Positions 35,925-47,700 of a stretch of DNA of 51,821 nt are shown here, in pieces. Each line of letters opens with the position of its first letter. The first letter of the stretch is position 1. A program made the translations under genes and the position numbers. The stretch is from Callorhinchus milii. Lineage: Eukaryota. The notes below the pieces were generated by a model. The model was given only the letters and a program-made list of their open reading frames with translations, was not told the origin of the DNA and searched no databases. The stretch is taken from contig NW_024704789.1 in NCBI RefSeq assembly GCF_018977255.1, positions 384,180 through 436,000 of the forward strand. Direction: 5' to 3'.

Positions 35925-36420
35925 CTCTACCTCCTCGTGTCCTGGACCACTCTGCCACGTTCAATAGTCGATCATACCATTCTCCTCCACTGCCTCTCCT
36001 CCATCATCCACCTTAGCGGGATCACAGTCACCTGGTTCGAGTCCTACTTGACAAACCGGCAACAATTGATCTCAGCAAATGTTTTTCCCTCCAGTTCCCG
36101 CCCCCGCTTGGTCACTTATGGGGTAACCCAAGGCTCCATCCTTGCCCCCTTTTTTTCCTTATCTACATGCTTCTATTCTGCAATGTCATCCACACATGCA
36201 GTCAACTTCTACATGTATGCGGGTGACACCCAAATCTACTTCTCCTCTAGCTGCGACCCCCAGTCCGTTGATGTCCTGTCAACTTGTTTGACGGACATCA
36301 AGGCTTGGATGAGCACAAGTTTCCTGCATCTGAATGTCAGCAAAACAGAAGCTATAATCTTTGCCTCCTGTCAATGTCTTCTCTCCCACGGGTCCGACTC
36401 CTTAACTTCCCTGGGCTCTC
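35925..36420 (+). mobile_element. L2 LINE reverse transcriptase fragment (degenerate)
   Basis: VDHTILL..WFESYLTNRQQ..GVTQGSIL..YAGDTQIY..CLTDIKAWMSTSFLHLNVSKTEAI; catalytic YADD altered to YAGD. Confidence 0.92.
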
Positions 36421-39174
36421 CCTCATATACTGTAATATATTTAAAGTGAATTGACTGTATATTTTGTGGGCGAAACTCGGCAGCCAATTGCGCAGAACAG
36501 TGTCCCACAAACAGTTGTGGATTGAAGTGACCAATTTTTTTTTAACGAATTATTACCCCCAGAAAAGCGAGGATGATTTAAGTCAGAAAATCTACAAGTT
36601 TCCTCTAGTGCTATGGGTCAGTGAACATGGGAGTACTTTATCATGGTCCGAGCGGGTGATAAGTCAGATCTCTTCTGCCGCTTTGGCAGAATCGGTTCAG
36701 TCTGTGATCGGAAACGCTATTGTTATATGTAAGGAAAGTGATGAATGCACATTAGAAGCCACTATGCCAGATAGGATCCAATGGATGGGAATCCACTGTC
36801 CCAGACTGACCTACCACTCCCACTGGAGCAATCACCAACGGATGAGGCTACAGAGCCATGAACTGGCGGAGGATGAGAATGCCAGTAGTGCCTACTCTAC
36901 TTGGAGCTATAAAATTCGCTGGAGTCCTGAACGACTTTGTTATAAGCTCCAAACTGGCATCATCTAGGGATGGCCTGAACATCAACATCGATCAAGGAAG
37001 AAAGGAAAACCTTGTGATATCATCCACGCCCAGAGGTACAATTAAAAGGTGTAGATAGACAACTGTTCAATTCCATTGGTACTTGGCAAGAATGTTCGGA
37101 ACTGTAGATTGCTGATATGTAGCACTGAAGGTTTCAACACTGAACCCAGATGTTGCATAAGAAGCTATTTCTCAGGAGTTTGGCGAGGTCACGGTGCCCA
37201 TCCTCCTCGCCCTCTCCTTCATGCCCGACTCAAGACCTTCCTTTTCGACTATGCTTTTGGTCATCTTCACTCCTCCATCCCCCTTGCTCTGCACCTCTCT
37301 CTGAAACCAATCCGCAGCTTGGGTGCAAACCCCTCATTGTCCACTGCCTTGGGACTACCTCCCGACATGAAGGGTGCTATATCATAGAATCATATCATAG
37401 AATCATAAAATCGTACAGCACAAAAAGAGGCCATTCGTCCCATCGAGTCTGTGCTGGCTCTTTGAAAAGAATATAAATGCAATTTGTTGTTGGTTGCCAG
37501 GGTGTGTAAAAGCGCCTACCTTGAATATGGAAGGATTATTTTAATGCAAGTATAATATCCCAAATGTTGACGTAAGATACCCTCCCCCCTACTATAACTA
37601 CACTACCATTGTGTATGTGTAAGCAGGATGTTTTATTCTCTAAACTCATATTGGGATTTGAGAGACACTGGCAGAGCCTGGATTTATTGTCCATTCTCTG
37701 GGTATTAATATTAATAAGAACATAAAAACGCATGGAATGAGAAAGCCCATTTGGTTCATCAAGTTCCACTTCTTCCAAAGGCACATTAGACCCACTGTAC
37801 CATGCACTTCATCCCATCCATTTTACCTCTTGGAGTTATTTTACCTAAGATAACGTTACTGAACCTCAGATCACAGCACTGAAGCCTTCCCCTTTAGGTT
37901 AATTGACACATAACAACCATCACTACAGCAAGCGCTTGCCCCATCACAAATAATCCTTGTTGCCCCAAGAACATGCTTGATTGAGGATCAAATGCTTTCA
38001 CCCATTCTATAATCAATCCCATTTGCTGGGTATTTATGGAGCATTTCCTTTAGGGAAGAGCATTTCCCCTAGGGAATACTCTTTCACTATGGAGTTAAGA
38101 AACGGGACTGACATCTGAAAGCTGCACACCATCAATTATCTGCATGTATCAATCTCAATGTTCCCACCATGACCTTCCTGAATGGCAAAGAAGAGGGTGA
38201 GGCCAGTACACAGGTGCTAAATGTCTCCAATTGAAGAGATGTTAATTCCTAGGGCTGTTATTATACTGACTGGCTTGGAGGGAGGGGAGGGCAAGAAACA
38301 AAGGTCTCTCTTTGGCCTTCAGAGATCCTGAAAAGTTTAGGTGTGGCTGGAACTGTCAACAAACTACTTGCAAGATACTGTGCCTGTAGAAAATCACCCT
38401 TCCTCCTGCGAAAATCCTGTACCAATTTACCCTGGACATGTGTTAGATCAAACCCCACAGACTAGTGTTGTGAAAGTAAGAGCAGAGCACACGAGGAACA
38501 CAGAAATACTCTGCACAGAAGAGAGGAGGAAGGAAGGGGCATTCAGCTCACCAAGATGGTGCCAATTAAAACAGATTAATAAAAATGCTGACTTCATAGA
38601 AACAGACACAAGCGTTTGTTTGTTTTTTGTCGTCGTTGTGATCAAACAGACCCTGACATTACCTCTGGGTGATGAAGCCGTTTCAGGCTGAGAAGTCCTC
38701 GCATTCGTATTCCTTTGGCGAATCTGGTAAGCAAACTAAACAGTGTTTGTACTGCTCACATAGCACCGCCAGCACAACCTTTCCATTCATTCACCCACCA
38801 CAGTACTGGAACATCACTCCATCAACAGCGATAACACAGCCCTGTTAGAAGAGACATCGCAACCTGCAGAACTCTTTGGCGATCGCTGTCGATAAGCTTT
38901 ACCTGAGGAAACTCAGAGGTTCCTGTCTCCTGGGACCCTGCAGTGAGTGGCATTGCTGAAGGGAGGTCAGAGCTACTCGGTTGATCTCAATCACCTGATA
39001 AGACACGGAGTTCTGCTTTGTTTGGGTGCCAACATGATAAACAATTTAAATGATTGTACACTAGGCTCCCTTTTTGGCAGTGAAATTTTGTGCTCATCAA
39101 GAGATGTTCATGTTGAGAAATGGAACTTTTCTCCATTGAAGCAAACTTCCTGGTCAGGTCGGGCACAAGAGGCT

Positions 39175-39510
39175 GCACAGTGAAGCTCCCTCTACCCCCA
39201 ACAATGTGCTTTAACGTCAATCTCAGAACAGCCCCTCCTACTGCACCACTGTGACATTTCTGTTTCCCAAAACAGCTGCCCTTAAGGCCTCCCTGAGTGA
39301 GTGAGATTAACAAATTAGTGCGAAATTAGAGTCAGTTTAATTGAGGCGGGGAAACACCCAGTACAGGAGTTGGGTCGAGACTGTCCAAATTTCACACATA
39401 GATAGGATCCTAACAGCCAGCAGAGGGAGGAAACCGTCACCTATTAATGTGGGCTGGATTTAAACCCGGGTCCCGGAGGTAAATGGTAACCCACCACGTC
39501 ATCCAGTCCT
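39175..39510 (-). mobile_element. LF-SINE-like element
   Basis: Reverse complement GGACTGGATG...TTTACCTC..GGGTTTAAATCCAGCCCA...CTGCTGGCTGTT...CTATGTGTGAAAT...GCACTAATT...GAGGCC...GCACATTG...GGAGCTTCACTG follows the LF-SINE consensus order as recalled. Confidence 0.7.
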
Positions 39511-40017
39511 AAATACACATGTTTATAGCAAGACAGGAGACTCTTAGTTCTACCAGTTAAAGCTCTTTTTTGATGTGTGCATCCTCAACACATTAACTTA
39601 CGCTAGAAACATTGTCAAAGTGGAATTAAACAGCAGCAGTAAGTCTTCTCTTCCATTGCACAACTTCTCTTCCCCTCCCCCTCAGATATTTGTGAATCTT
39701 TTATGATTGTTTCTTATTCCTCTGATCATATCTATGGGCTCCATCTCTGGCCCAAATAGTATGAGGTGCCAATTTGTTTTATCTTTGCTAAAAATTAACA
39801 CTCGAATATTGAATTGACAAGCCTGAATATTGAATATTGAATTGACAAGCCTGAAGACCAGGATCTTAAAATTTTGAGATTGTGCAGAATTTTGGAAAAT
39901 ACTTAAATTCTTAAAGATCTTCCAAAAAACAAAAACAATCTTCCAACCAAAGTCTAAATTAATTTTTCTCCCCATAATTCTTAATAATCTTAATTTTTAA
40001 GGAAGTGGTTTTAAGAT

Positions 40018-40570
40018 TAAGACTGCATAGCTTGCCATTGAGTGTACTGTCTGGGACTGCACCTCTAACTGGTGGAACCATCGCTCAATGGGAAGATGGC
40101 GGCAATGCTCTCACCATTTCATTCTCAGCTGTGTTGCCCACTAGGAAGTTTGCAGGGAGTTCCTGGTATCTACCATCCATTTATTGGGGGCTCAAAACCA
40201 CGCTTATCAGATGTCCAATGGCCAACTGGGATTATCCTGCTGGGGGGAGGTAAGCGCAATCTCGCGGGAGCTGAACTGGCTCCAAGGTGACATATTTGGC
40301 AACAAAATGTCAGAATCGAGCCAGCCCGCTGTGGTGGTCTCAGTAGTCCGGTTCCTTAGTCAAGCAGTCCGCAGTATTCCAGCGCACAGCCAGGCTGGCT
40401 CATCGGCAGGACTTAATGGGGCAGACTAGTCAATGGGGAGGAGGGATTCTTCCGACTCAGCTCTTGTTAACCTTGTAAGCCAAAGCCCTAACAGGTAGGA
40501 TGGTCCTAGTTGGACAAGTAGTAGGAAAGATTGCCAGGTAGTACTCTCAATGGCAAGCTAAGTAGTTTTA
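40018..40570. mobile_element. MITE (about 550 bp) with about 38-bp terminal inverted repeats
   Basis: TAAGACTGCATAGCTTGCCATTGAGTGTACTGTCTGG (40018) vs CCAGGTAGTACTCTCAATGGCAAGCTAAGTAGTTTTA (ends 40570). Partial second copy inverted at 47448-47700. Confidence 0.8.
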
Positions 40571-40650
40571 GCTGGTTACAGTCCAACAGTACCGCAACAC
40601 ATATTCTGGGGTCCCCAAGCCTCGATTCTTGCCAACCTGCACCTAATACT

Positions 40651-40792
40651 TTCCAGAGTGTGCACATTCTGTTCCAAAAGATATCTCTGGAATTTCCATG
40701 TGTAGGTGGGATGCATGGAATTTTTAGTTTGGTTTGGATACTCTTAAGCATGGTGATGGGTTTCCGCATGTGTCAGACCCCGACTGACCCCC
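40651..40792 (+). repeat. Dispersed repeat X, uninterrupted copy
   Basis: Aligns by eye with 2254-2372 and with the reverse complement of 4369-4440 + 4771-4826. Confidence 0.85.
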
Positions 40793-42523
40793 TCAAAAAA
40801 GGCTAAAACCAGGAGAAATTTCAGAAATCTTGCTCTTGTGTCAAATCCATCTATTACAGATTATGGCAAAAAGCAATCTGGCTTTACACTGCAACTCTAT
40901 GCCAATGATACAATTTGCCCTTTAATCTCTACAGGAAAAAAACAAGCTCAGATGAGTGCTGCAACCAGAGGAATAAGAAACTTGAATAACACTCACAAGA
41001 TTTAAACGGAGTGAATAAATAATGTATCAAGAGGAATGACTTCACCACTGATCTTTAATTCCTCTTCAAAGGCACAGTCCACTCAACGTAAATGCATAAT
41101 CTGCTTTAATCAAACACCTATTCTTTTGAAATTTAGCCCATTGATGCTGGATGAAAACTTGTGCCAAGGCCCAGCGATGGTGACTCTCAAGTAAATGTGC
41201 AATCTTGCAGACCAACACACAATGCACATTGCAAAAGCATTTATTGTTCATCTTCACACACCTATTCGACATAGTTCATATCCAGAGTAAAGGCACTTTG
41301 CACACCCTTTCCTCACACAACTTAAAAGTGACATTTCTCATAAGATAAATTGAGGGTGGGGGTTCCTTTATCTTGGTAGGTGATGAAGGTGAACAAGCAA
41401 AACTTCAAATTCAAGATACTTCAGTTATATTGAATATCTGACCCAAATCCCTTAGTAAGTGAACAGGGTGTGTCTCAGGTTAAGCAAACTAAACATTGCA
41501 GAAAGCAAACTCTACATTTATGAGGAGTGCACAGTACTGACTTGTCGAACAGCAAAGCGGTACAACAGGTTTTCACACTTAAAACACATTTTCACATGCA
41601 AAATATTTTCACACATAGAACTCAAGCCGTCACAACTCAATTTGTTCGGGTGGAGAGTGGAAGAATGGAAGATGAGAATTTGATACACATTAAATGGGCT
41701 TCAATCAATATACTAACTACTTGATCAGCATTTGTTAGGTTGTCAACAAAGTGGGAAATGCAATTGACATTTCTCAGTAAACCTACTTTTACAGAGTAAG
41801 TAATATTTATAGAAATGCCTGCAGTGAGACACTGGACAAATGGAGCATCACCTCTTGGATTAGCTGTAACCAAGAACACTTTTCCTCAATCCCTCCACCT
41901 TGCCTCCTCCTTCCCCTTCTTCAGGTCGCACCTGAAGACCTTCCACTTCGACCATGCCTATCACTGTCAAGCTACCCTGCGTGAGGGGAACTATATAAAT
42001 TCAAGTTTTTGTTGTATCCCAGAGAGCTCACAGCTCACTGATGGGATGTCAGTTCCCCCATCTATTAGTTGTAAGTTCCTGGTTCCTAGCATATTATAAC
42101 ATTTTTATGAATTTAGCACAAATACCCATGGGAATTCCAAAATGCACAGAATAACCACATTTAATATTTGCCTTCCATTGGGACCAATTTTTTTTTACAG
42201 TTTGTTTTCCTTTTCATTTTCAGTTTCATTTTTCCTTCTCGCCTCTCGGAAACAAACGATCTAAACATTTTGGGGGGAGGGATGGTTATGTACATATTTT
42301 AATAAGAGATATTTAAAACTTAAGTGAATAAAAATTTCTTCTCCCTGCCACCACCAAAGCAGCCAGGCTCGTGGCATAACTGAAAGATAAAAACCTGCTA
42401 AACTCCTATGTTACACTGGTCTCAAAACTGGCAAGTGTTGGGATGAGTCTGAGTATATAAGCATAGTACACTTACACCTCATATAACTTTTTTGACTCAT
42501 GTCTTCAAAGATATATCTTAGTA

Positions 42524-42963
42524 CGGTCAAAGTTGTTAAAGCAACCACCTCTATACATCAACCACCCGCGGTTAACAACCACCCTGGAACAGTCCTGATC
42601 GATTTTCCATAATAAACCACCTCTATTCAGCAACTACCTGACTAACACAACCATTCTTTATTAGCCTTATCAGTGTACTGACTCCCTTTTCAGGGTCAAG
42701 ATCTGGTCCGGTGGGCTGCTCAGTGCAGCGTTGGCATGCACTAGGAGTCTAGCGGGAGTCTACACGTGGGCTCGTGGAAACTTTGGCCCATGGAAACAGT
42801 AACGATTTGTATTTTGTGATTGATTTATTGCTTTATGAAAACAAGTTTGATTTATGGGTCTTTTTCTATACACTTAGAATTTCTACACCACCAACAAATC
42901 CTTACTTATATAAAGGCCACTTTGGTCCAGCCCCTGAGTGGTTGCTGAAAACAGGTTTGACTG
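42524..42963. mobile_element. Tc1/mariner(pogo/Tigger)-type MITE, 440 bp, TA target duplication
   Basis: TA|CGGTCAAAGTTGTTAAAGCAACCAC ... GTGGTTGCTGAAAACAGGTTTGACTG|TA, with internal AACCACC sub-repeats. Confidence 0.82.
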
Positions 42964-44538
42964 TATTTGATTAGGTTTACTGATCACCATGATGTGCTGT
43001 AAACATTAGTTATAAATCGTGTGAACACTATGGAACCCAGAACAGTTCCCTAGAACACTATTGAATCACTTCCCCCACAGATTAAGCTTTTTCCATTCAT
43101 CAGCCTTTTCCCTTTCCCGCTGACAAAGCTAATTTTCAATCCAGCTAACTATTTTGCTGTTAATTCTCTGAGCTTCTTTAAATGTGGAATTTTATCACGT
43201 CTACTGAAAACGCAAATACATTAATTACTGAATATCCAATAGATAGCTCGTCCAGTGGTTTGATTAGTTAGATTTGTGTGGGTTTATGCACCTCTCAATT
43301 TATATTTTGGTCTTAACCTTAGTATAGTCCCAATTCTAAGTAATGATTCCCCCAACTCTCTAAGTCATTGATAGCTCTGGTGGGTTGATAAACACTAAAT
43401 CTAATGAAACATCTGTTCAAGTGCCCTATTTACTTTTTCTCTACCTCACAACTTCATTTTTAAGAAGAAAAAAAACCCAAACCTGAAATTTCACCTATTT
43501 TGTCTTAAAATTTAGCATTGCGCAAAACATTAGAAAATTCCTAAATTCAGTTTTAAATTTGGAAGTTGGCTCTTAAGAACTGTATAAAACTGGCTTCTAG
43601 GATTAAAGTATCCTGGAAGCCAGTTTTCAATATTCTGCCTGATCTTAGCGATGTATGACTAAATGGCCTTTAATGCTAAACTGAGTGAAATGTCAGGCCT
43701 CCTCCTGTTTTAGTAGCTCCCCCCACCCCCCATAAGAAGGTCAAATTTTAAGTGAAGGTTTTCTCTGGAAAGTGAAAAGTTATTTGTGGTCAAAGTGATG
43801 TGTTTAACAAGTGGTTGTTTAGTTACATCTAAAAAACGGAATGTTACTATTGCTAAGTCAATGAGATTCAGATTGGGGAAGAATGATCAGGATGGAAAAA
43901 AACTCACAATTTTATGTTTACTTTCCAATAGAACTTTTGTACTTTTGTATTTGAGACTCCTTAGATTTTAACATCACACTTTTGTAAACTAACGGTGAAT
44001 TACTTCTGAAAACGTCAACAGATCACATTTACCAAAGAACAAGCCAGCACGAAAACTTCACTGTACTGTTACTTCAACTGCACTCAGCCTGTCACAATAC
44101 ACAGGAACAAAACCCAGGGAAAAGTCCAAAACATTTTGGTATGAAGTTGATCAGGAGCTGGTTTTCAAGATGGAAATATTAGTGCAGCAGGATTAGCCTT
44201 TTGAGGTGGAGTTGGAAGGGGTAGTCTTTTTTTGCACATTTTTGGGGCTGAGTAGAGGATAGTTTACCTGCGTCTGACCTGTGCTATTTAAGGTTTGGGC
44301 CACAGAAAGTTGCAGAAGGGGGAAAATGTTCTATTTCCCAATTCTAACATGCCTTACCTTGATGAACGCAAAGTTCATCGCCTCCGAATAAAAGGTTTAG
44401 ATGTGTATTGGAGATAGGCAATCCAAAGTGGGTGAATCCTACAAATGTGAGTGAACCGAATGTGAGCAAATTCAGAAAACACACCTTGATCAATACAGAT
44501 TTTTTAAACGTTACAACTAGAGAAGACTTTCAACCTAC

Positions 44539-44710
44539 CATTGGATTTAACATCTGAGAAAGAGGAACCATCTTCCAGGGTGAAGAGCTGAGGGACACAA
44601 GCAGCCGTGCTCAAGCCCTGGCCAAGATACGAGGCAGTGGGGTAGTAGGTATGCATCCTGTACTGCGGAGTCACACCGTGGCCTGAAAACCGGCTCTCTG
44701 GAGTTTTCAT
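44539..44710 (-). CDS. DMRT1: DMRT1 penultimate coding exon (equivalent to mammalian exon 4)
   Basis: 172 nt: MKTPESRFSGHGVTPQYRMHTYYPTASYLGQGLSTAACVPQLFTLEDGSSFSDVKSN+G, matching DMRT1 QYRMHSYYP..SYLGQ..VPQFFTFED. Acceptor TTGCAGCAG, donor G|GTAGGT. Confidence 0.95.
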
Positions 44711-44739
44711 CTGCTGCAACAACAACAAATAAAAGATCA

Positions 44740-44950
44740 GTGAGCGAGTAGTGAATGTATGGAACTGGCTACCTAGGGAGACAGACAGTGAAAGCAAAAA
44801 ATATTGATTCTTTCAAAAGCAAATTGGATAGATATTTGGGGATAGAGTATATAGAATGGGATATGACATGTGCATGCGACTGCCAGAATGGTGGAAGGCG
44901 AACTGGATGGACCTTGGTCTCCTTTCATCTAGCAATTCTTATTTTCTTAT
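44740..44950 (+). mobile_element. CR1 LINE 3' fragment abutting the DMRT1 exon 4 acceptor
   Basis: ERVVNVWNWLPR..VKAKNIDSFKSKLDRYL (frameshifted) and CTGGATGGACCTTGGTCT terminus. Confidence 0.85.
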
Positions 44951-46369
44951 GTGTTTTATAGCATCATCAACCCAAACACTACTTTATAAGTAACAATATG
45001 TAAGATGTACAGTCCCAAAGACTGGGGATTTTTTATATCCCATTACAAGTTACACAGTCGTTACATTTTAGAGCAAGGGTCTCCACCAGGTCTCTGGTCA
45101 ATTGCCTCTAGGTGGCCTTCCAAAGAGGGAACGATAGAACTGCGTGGTTATTTAATCCAATTGAAAAAGCAACCAGAATGCAGTACAAGTATTTCATTTT
45201 ATTTCCTGAAATTAAAATATAAACTTTACTGTCTAAACGGCAGTAGATATCGCTCATTCTCTAAGCATTCCAGGGAGCACCTAGCGGGGATCAATTAGTT
45301 GGAGACCTGCTTCAGAGCGTGAACTACTCTTGAGACTTCTTCCCTGCATGAAAGGCGTTATATCAAATGTAAGGATTATTATGTAACAACTCGAGCCAAA
45401 CTGCAGGAGTTAAGATGTTTAAAGTACATGATACTTTGGCTCATATAGAATATCACAAGATTGGTTTGGATGAAGAAGGCCCATTTGATCACATCCTCCC
45501 AGAATACCCACCCTACCATCTTTCTGTCACAGCACCAGGCTGTTTCTTGTAATGAGTCTCTAGTGTTCTGGTCTCAACCACTCTTTCTGGCAACCTGTTG
45601 CACTCATTAATTACCCTTTTAGGTAAAGAAAAACTTCCTCTTCATTTGTTCTATCCAATTACAAACTATACAGTACCTATGCTTTAGACTATATCCTGTG
45701 AAGCACTTTGAGGTGCCCTCCTGATGTGAAGAGCACTATACCAATTATAAGGATTATTACATTATAATATAAAACTTGAGACAAACTGAGATTTTTAAAT
45801 GACCCGATAACTTGGCACATAGACAATATCACAAGATCAGTTTGGATGAAGAAGGCCCTTTGGCCCATTTGATGTCATCTTTCCAGATTATCCACACTAT
45901 CATATTTGTAGCATAGCATCAGGCTGTTTTGTAAATCAGTCCAGTGCCCTGGTCTTCCTAACTTCCCTCTGAAATTGTTGGATCTTGATTTGAACCCTGA
46001 TATAAATCCTGATGTTTGCTGGTTCCTGATGTCAACTCAGTTCTTCACTCTTTTGAGGTAAACTTAAAGTGTGTCACAGTCCTGAAATTCCAGCTAGATT
46101 CAGCCTTAATTTGAAAGACAGATATTTTTAAGAACTGCAAAAATAAAAAAAATGCCTTCCAAATTGCAACCGAGTAGAATTCAAGAATTTTACCCAATTC
46201 TGTACAATCTTGAAATGTAACGACAAAACAGTCCTGCAGATTAAGACTAGGTGCAATTGTGGGGCCATGTCTAAAAATATTTTACTTTGGGAAGTGCGCA
46301 AGTTAGTCAGCTAAATCTGAATTGAACTGACCCTGAAGAAATAGGGTTTCATGTTGCAATAAATCAAGG

Positions 46370-46678
46370 TAGATTCCCAGGCAGGGCGAAACCTTAGGCA
46401 AGTTTCCCTACTCCACAGGCCCCTGTTTACCTAGCAGTAGGTAGGAACCCGGTTGTTAGTTGATTGGCGGATCACTTTACAGGGGTAATAATCCCACCAA
46501 AATAAATAAATAATAATAATTTGGGCACTATTCCATGACCGCTGTGCGTAATTGGCTGCTGTGTTTTGCCCAGAAAATATACAGTCAATTCACTTTAGAA
46601 TATATTCTGTGAAGCACTTTGAGACGTCTCAATCATGTGATAAGGCTCTATATCAAATGCACGTATTATTATTATTAA
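46370..46678 (+). mobile_element. tRNA-derived SINE, long variant, 5'-truncated
   Basis: GGCAGGGCGAAACCTTAGGCAAGTTTCC, GTTTACCTAGCAGTAGGTAGGAACCCGG, tail. Confidence 0.9.
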
Positions 46679-47447
46679 TTTGATGCATACATGAGGAAGA
46701 AGATAATTTTATGTGAAGAAGTATTTAAACACTTAGAGATTGAGAAATATATTACCAATTTCAACAAAATACAATAACTGACAATAAATTAAATGACATT
46801 TGAAGTTGCTACGATGAATAATTCAACACAAGTCCGACTAATATCAAAAACAGCAGGTAGTGAGTGATCACGTTCATCCATTATATTTTACTTTCAATTT
46901 GTATTAAACAATTTTCGGGAGTTATAATAAGATCATTGCTTTTGTACCAAAGACCAAAGCTATTACTGCAAACCTCTACTCTGTCTGAAATTTCCAATTG
47001 TGTAAAAGCCCATTCATTCTCGTAACCATGTCATTGTTTGCACAATCTCTCAATAGTTGTGCAGGCAGCTATCCTATTTCATCCTATTTCAGTCTTGAAA
47101 AGATCAAGCGAAGAGTGATATCCAATATCGATGGACCTAACGATACGATAGCCCATTTAATATTTCCCTCAACATAAGCAGCAAAAGTTCTTACCGAATT
47201 TCCTATTCACATCAGGAACGTAAAGATGCTCTGCCCAACCATAACTCCCACCCTCAGTCTTCAAATAGAATTACATTCCCTGTGGCCATCTTTCAAATCT
47301 ACACACACCTCCCGATCCATGGAAAGAAAAAATAATCCTTGCATTTGATATAGCTCCTTATCACATCTTGAGACGTCTCAAAGCGCTTCACAGAATATAC
47401 TATAAAGTGAATTGACTGTATATTTTTATGTGTGTTGGGGAACTGCT

Positions 47448-47700
47448 GAAACCACATAGATTGTCATTAAGAGCACCGTCAGGTAAGCTTGCTTACTGCT
47501 TGTCCAACTAGGACCACCCTTCCTGTTAGGGCTTTGGCTTACAGGGTTAACAGGAGCTGACTGGTCTGCCCTTCCAAGTCCTGCCAATGATCCAGGCTGG
47601 CTGTGCTGTCATACTGCGGACCCGCCAGGCTCAGGAACTGGACTAGAGACCGCCACAAAGGGCTGGCTTGATTCTGACATTCCATTGCCAAATTGGCTCT
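47448..47700 (-). mobile_element. Partial inverted copy of the 40018-40570 MITE
   Basis: CTTGTCCAACTAGGACCA..CCTGTTAGGGCTTTGGCTTACA.GGTTAACA.GAGCTGA...GGGCTGGCTTGATTCTGACATT is the reverse complement of about 40295-40570. Confidence 0.88.

Larger units (their letters stand above)
18263..44538 (-). other. DMRT1: DMRT1 last intron (26.3 kb, GT-AG, phase 1)
   Basis: Donor AATG|GTAGGT at 44538, acceptor CAG ending at 18263. G+TA rebuilds the conserved Val codon. Confidence 0.88.

Noticed and set aside
35832-36449. Functional reverse transcriptase (retron or DGR-like system)
   Set aside because: Truncated, decayed L2 RT with YAGD instead of YADD; ORF start lies in a SINE.
38039-38083. Short duplicated or palindromic GAGCATTTCC..TAGGGAA (and the 28-bp tandem at 39804-39855)
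   Set aside because: Simple local slippage duplications with no supporting context.
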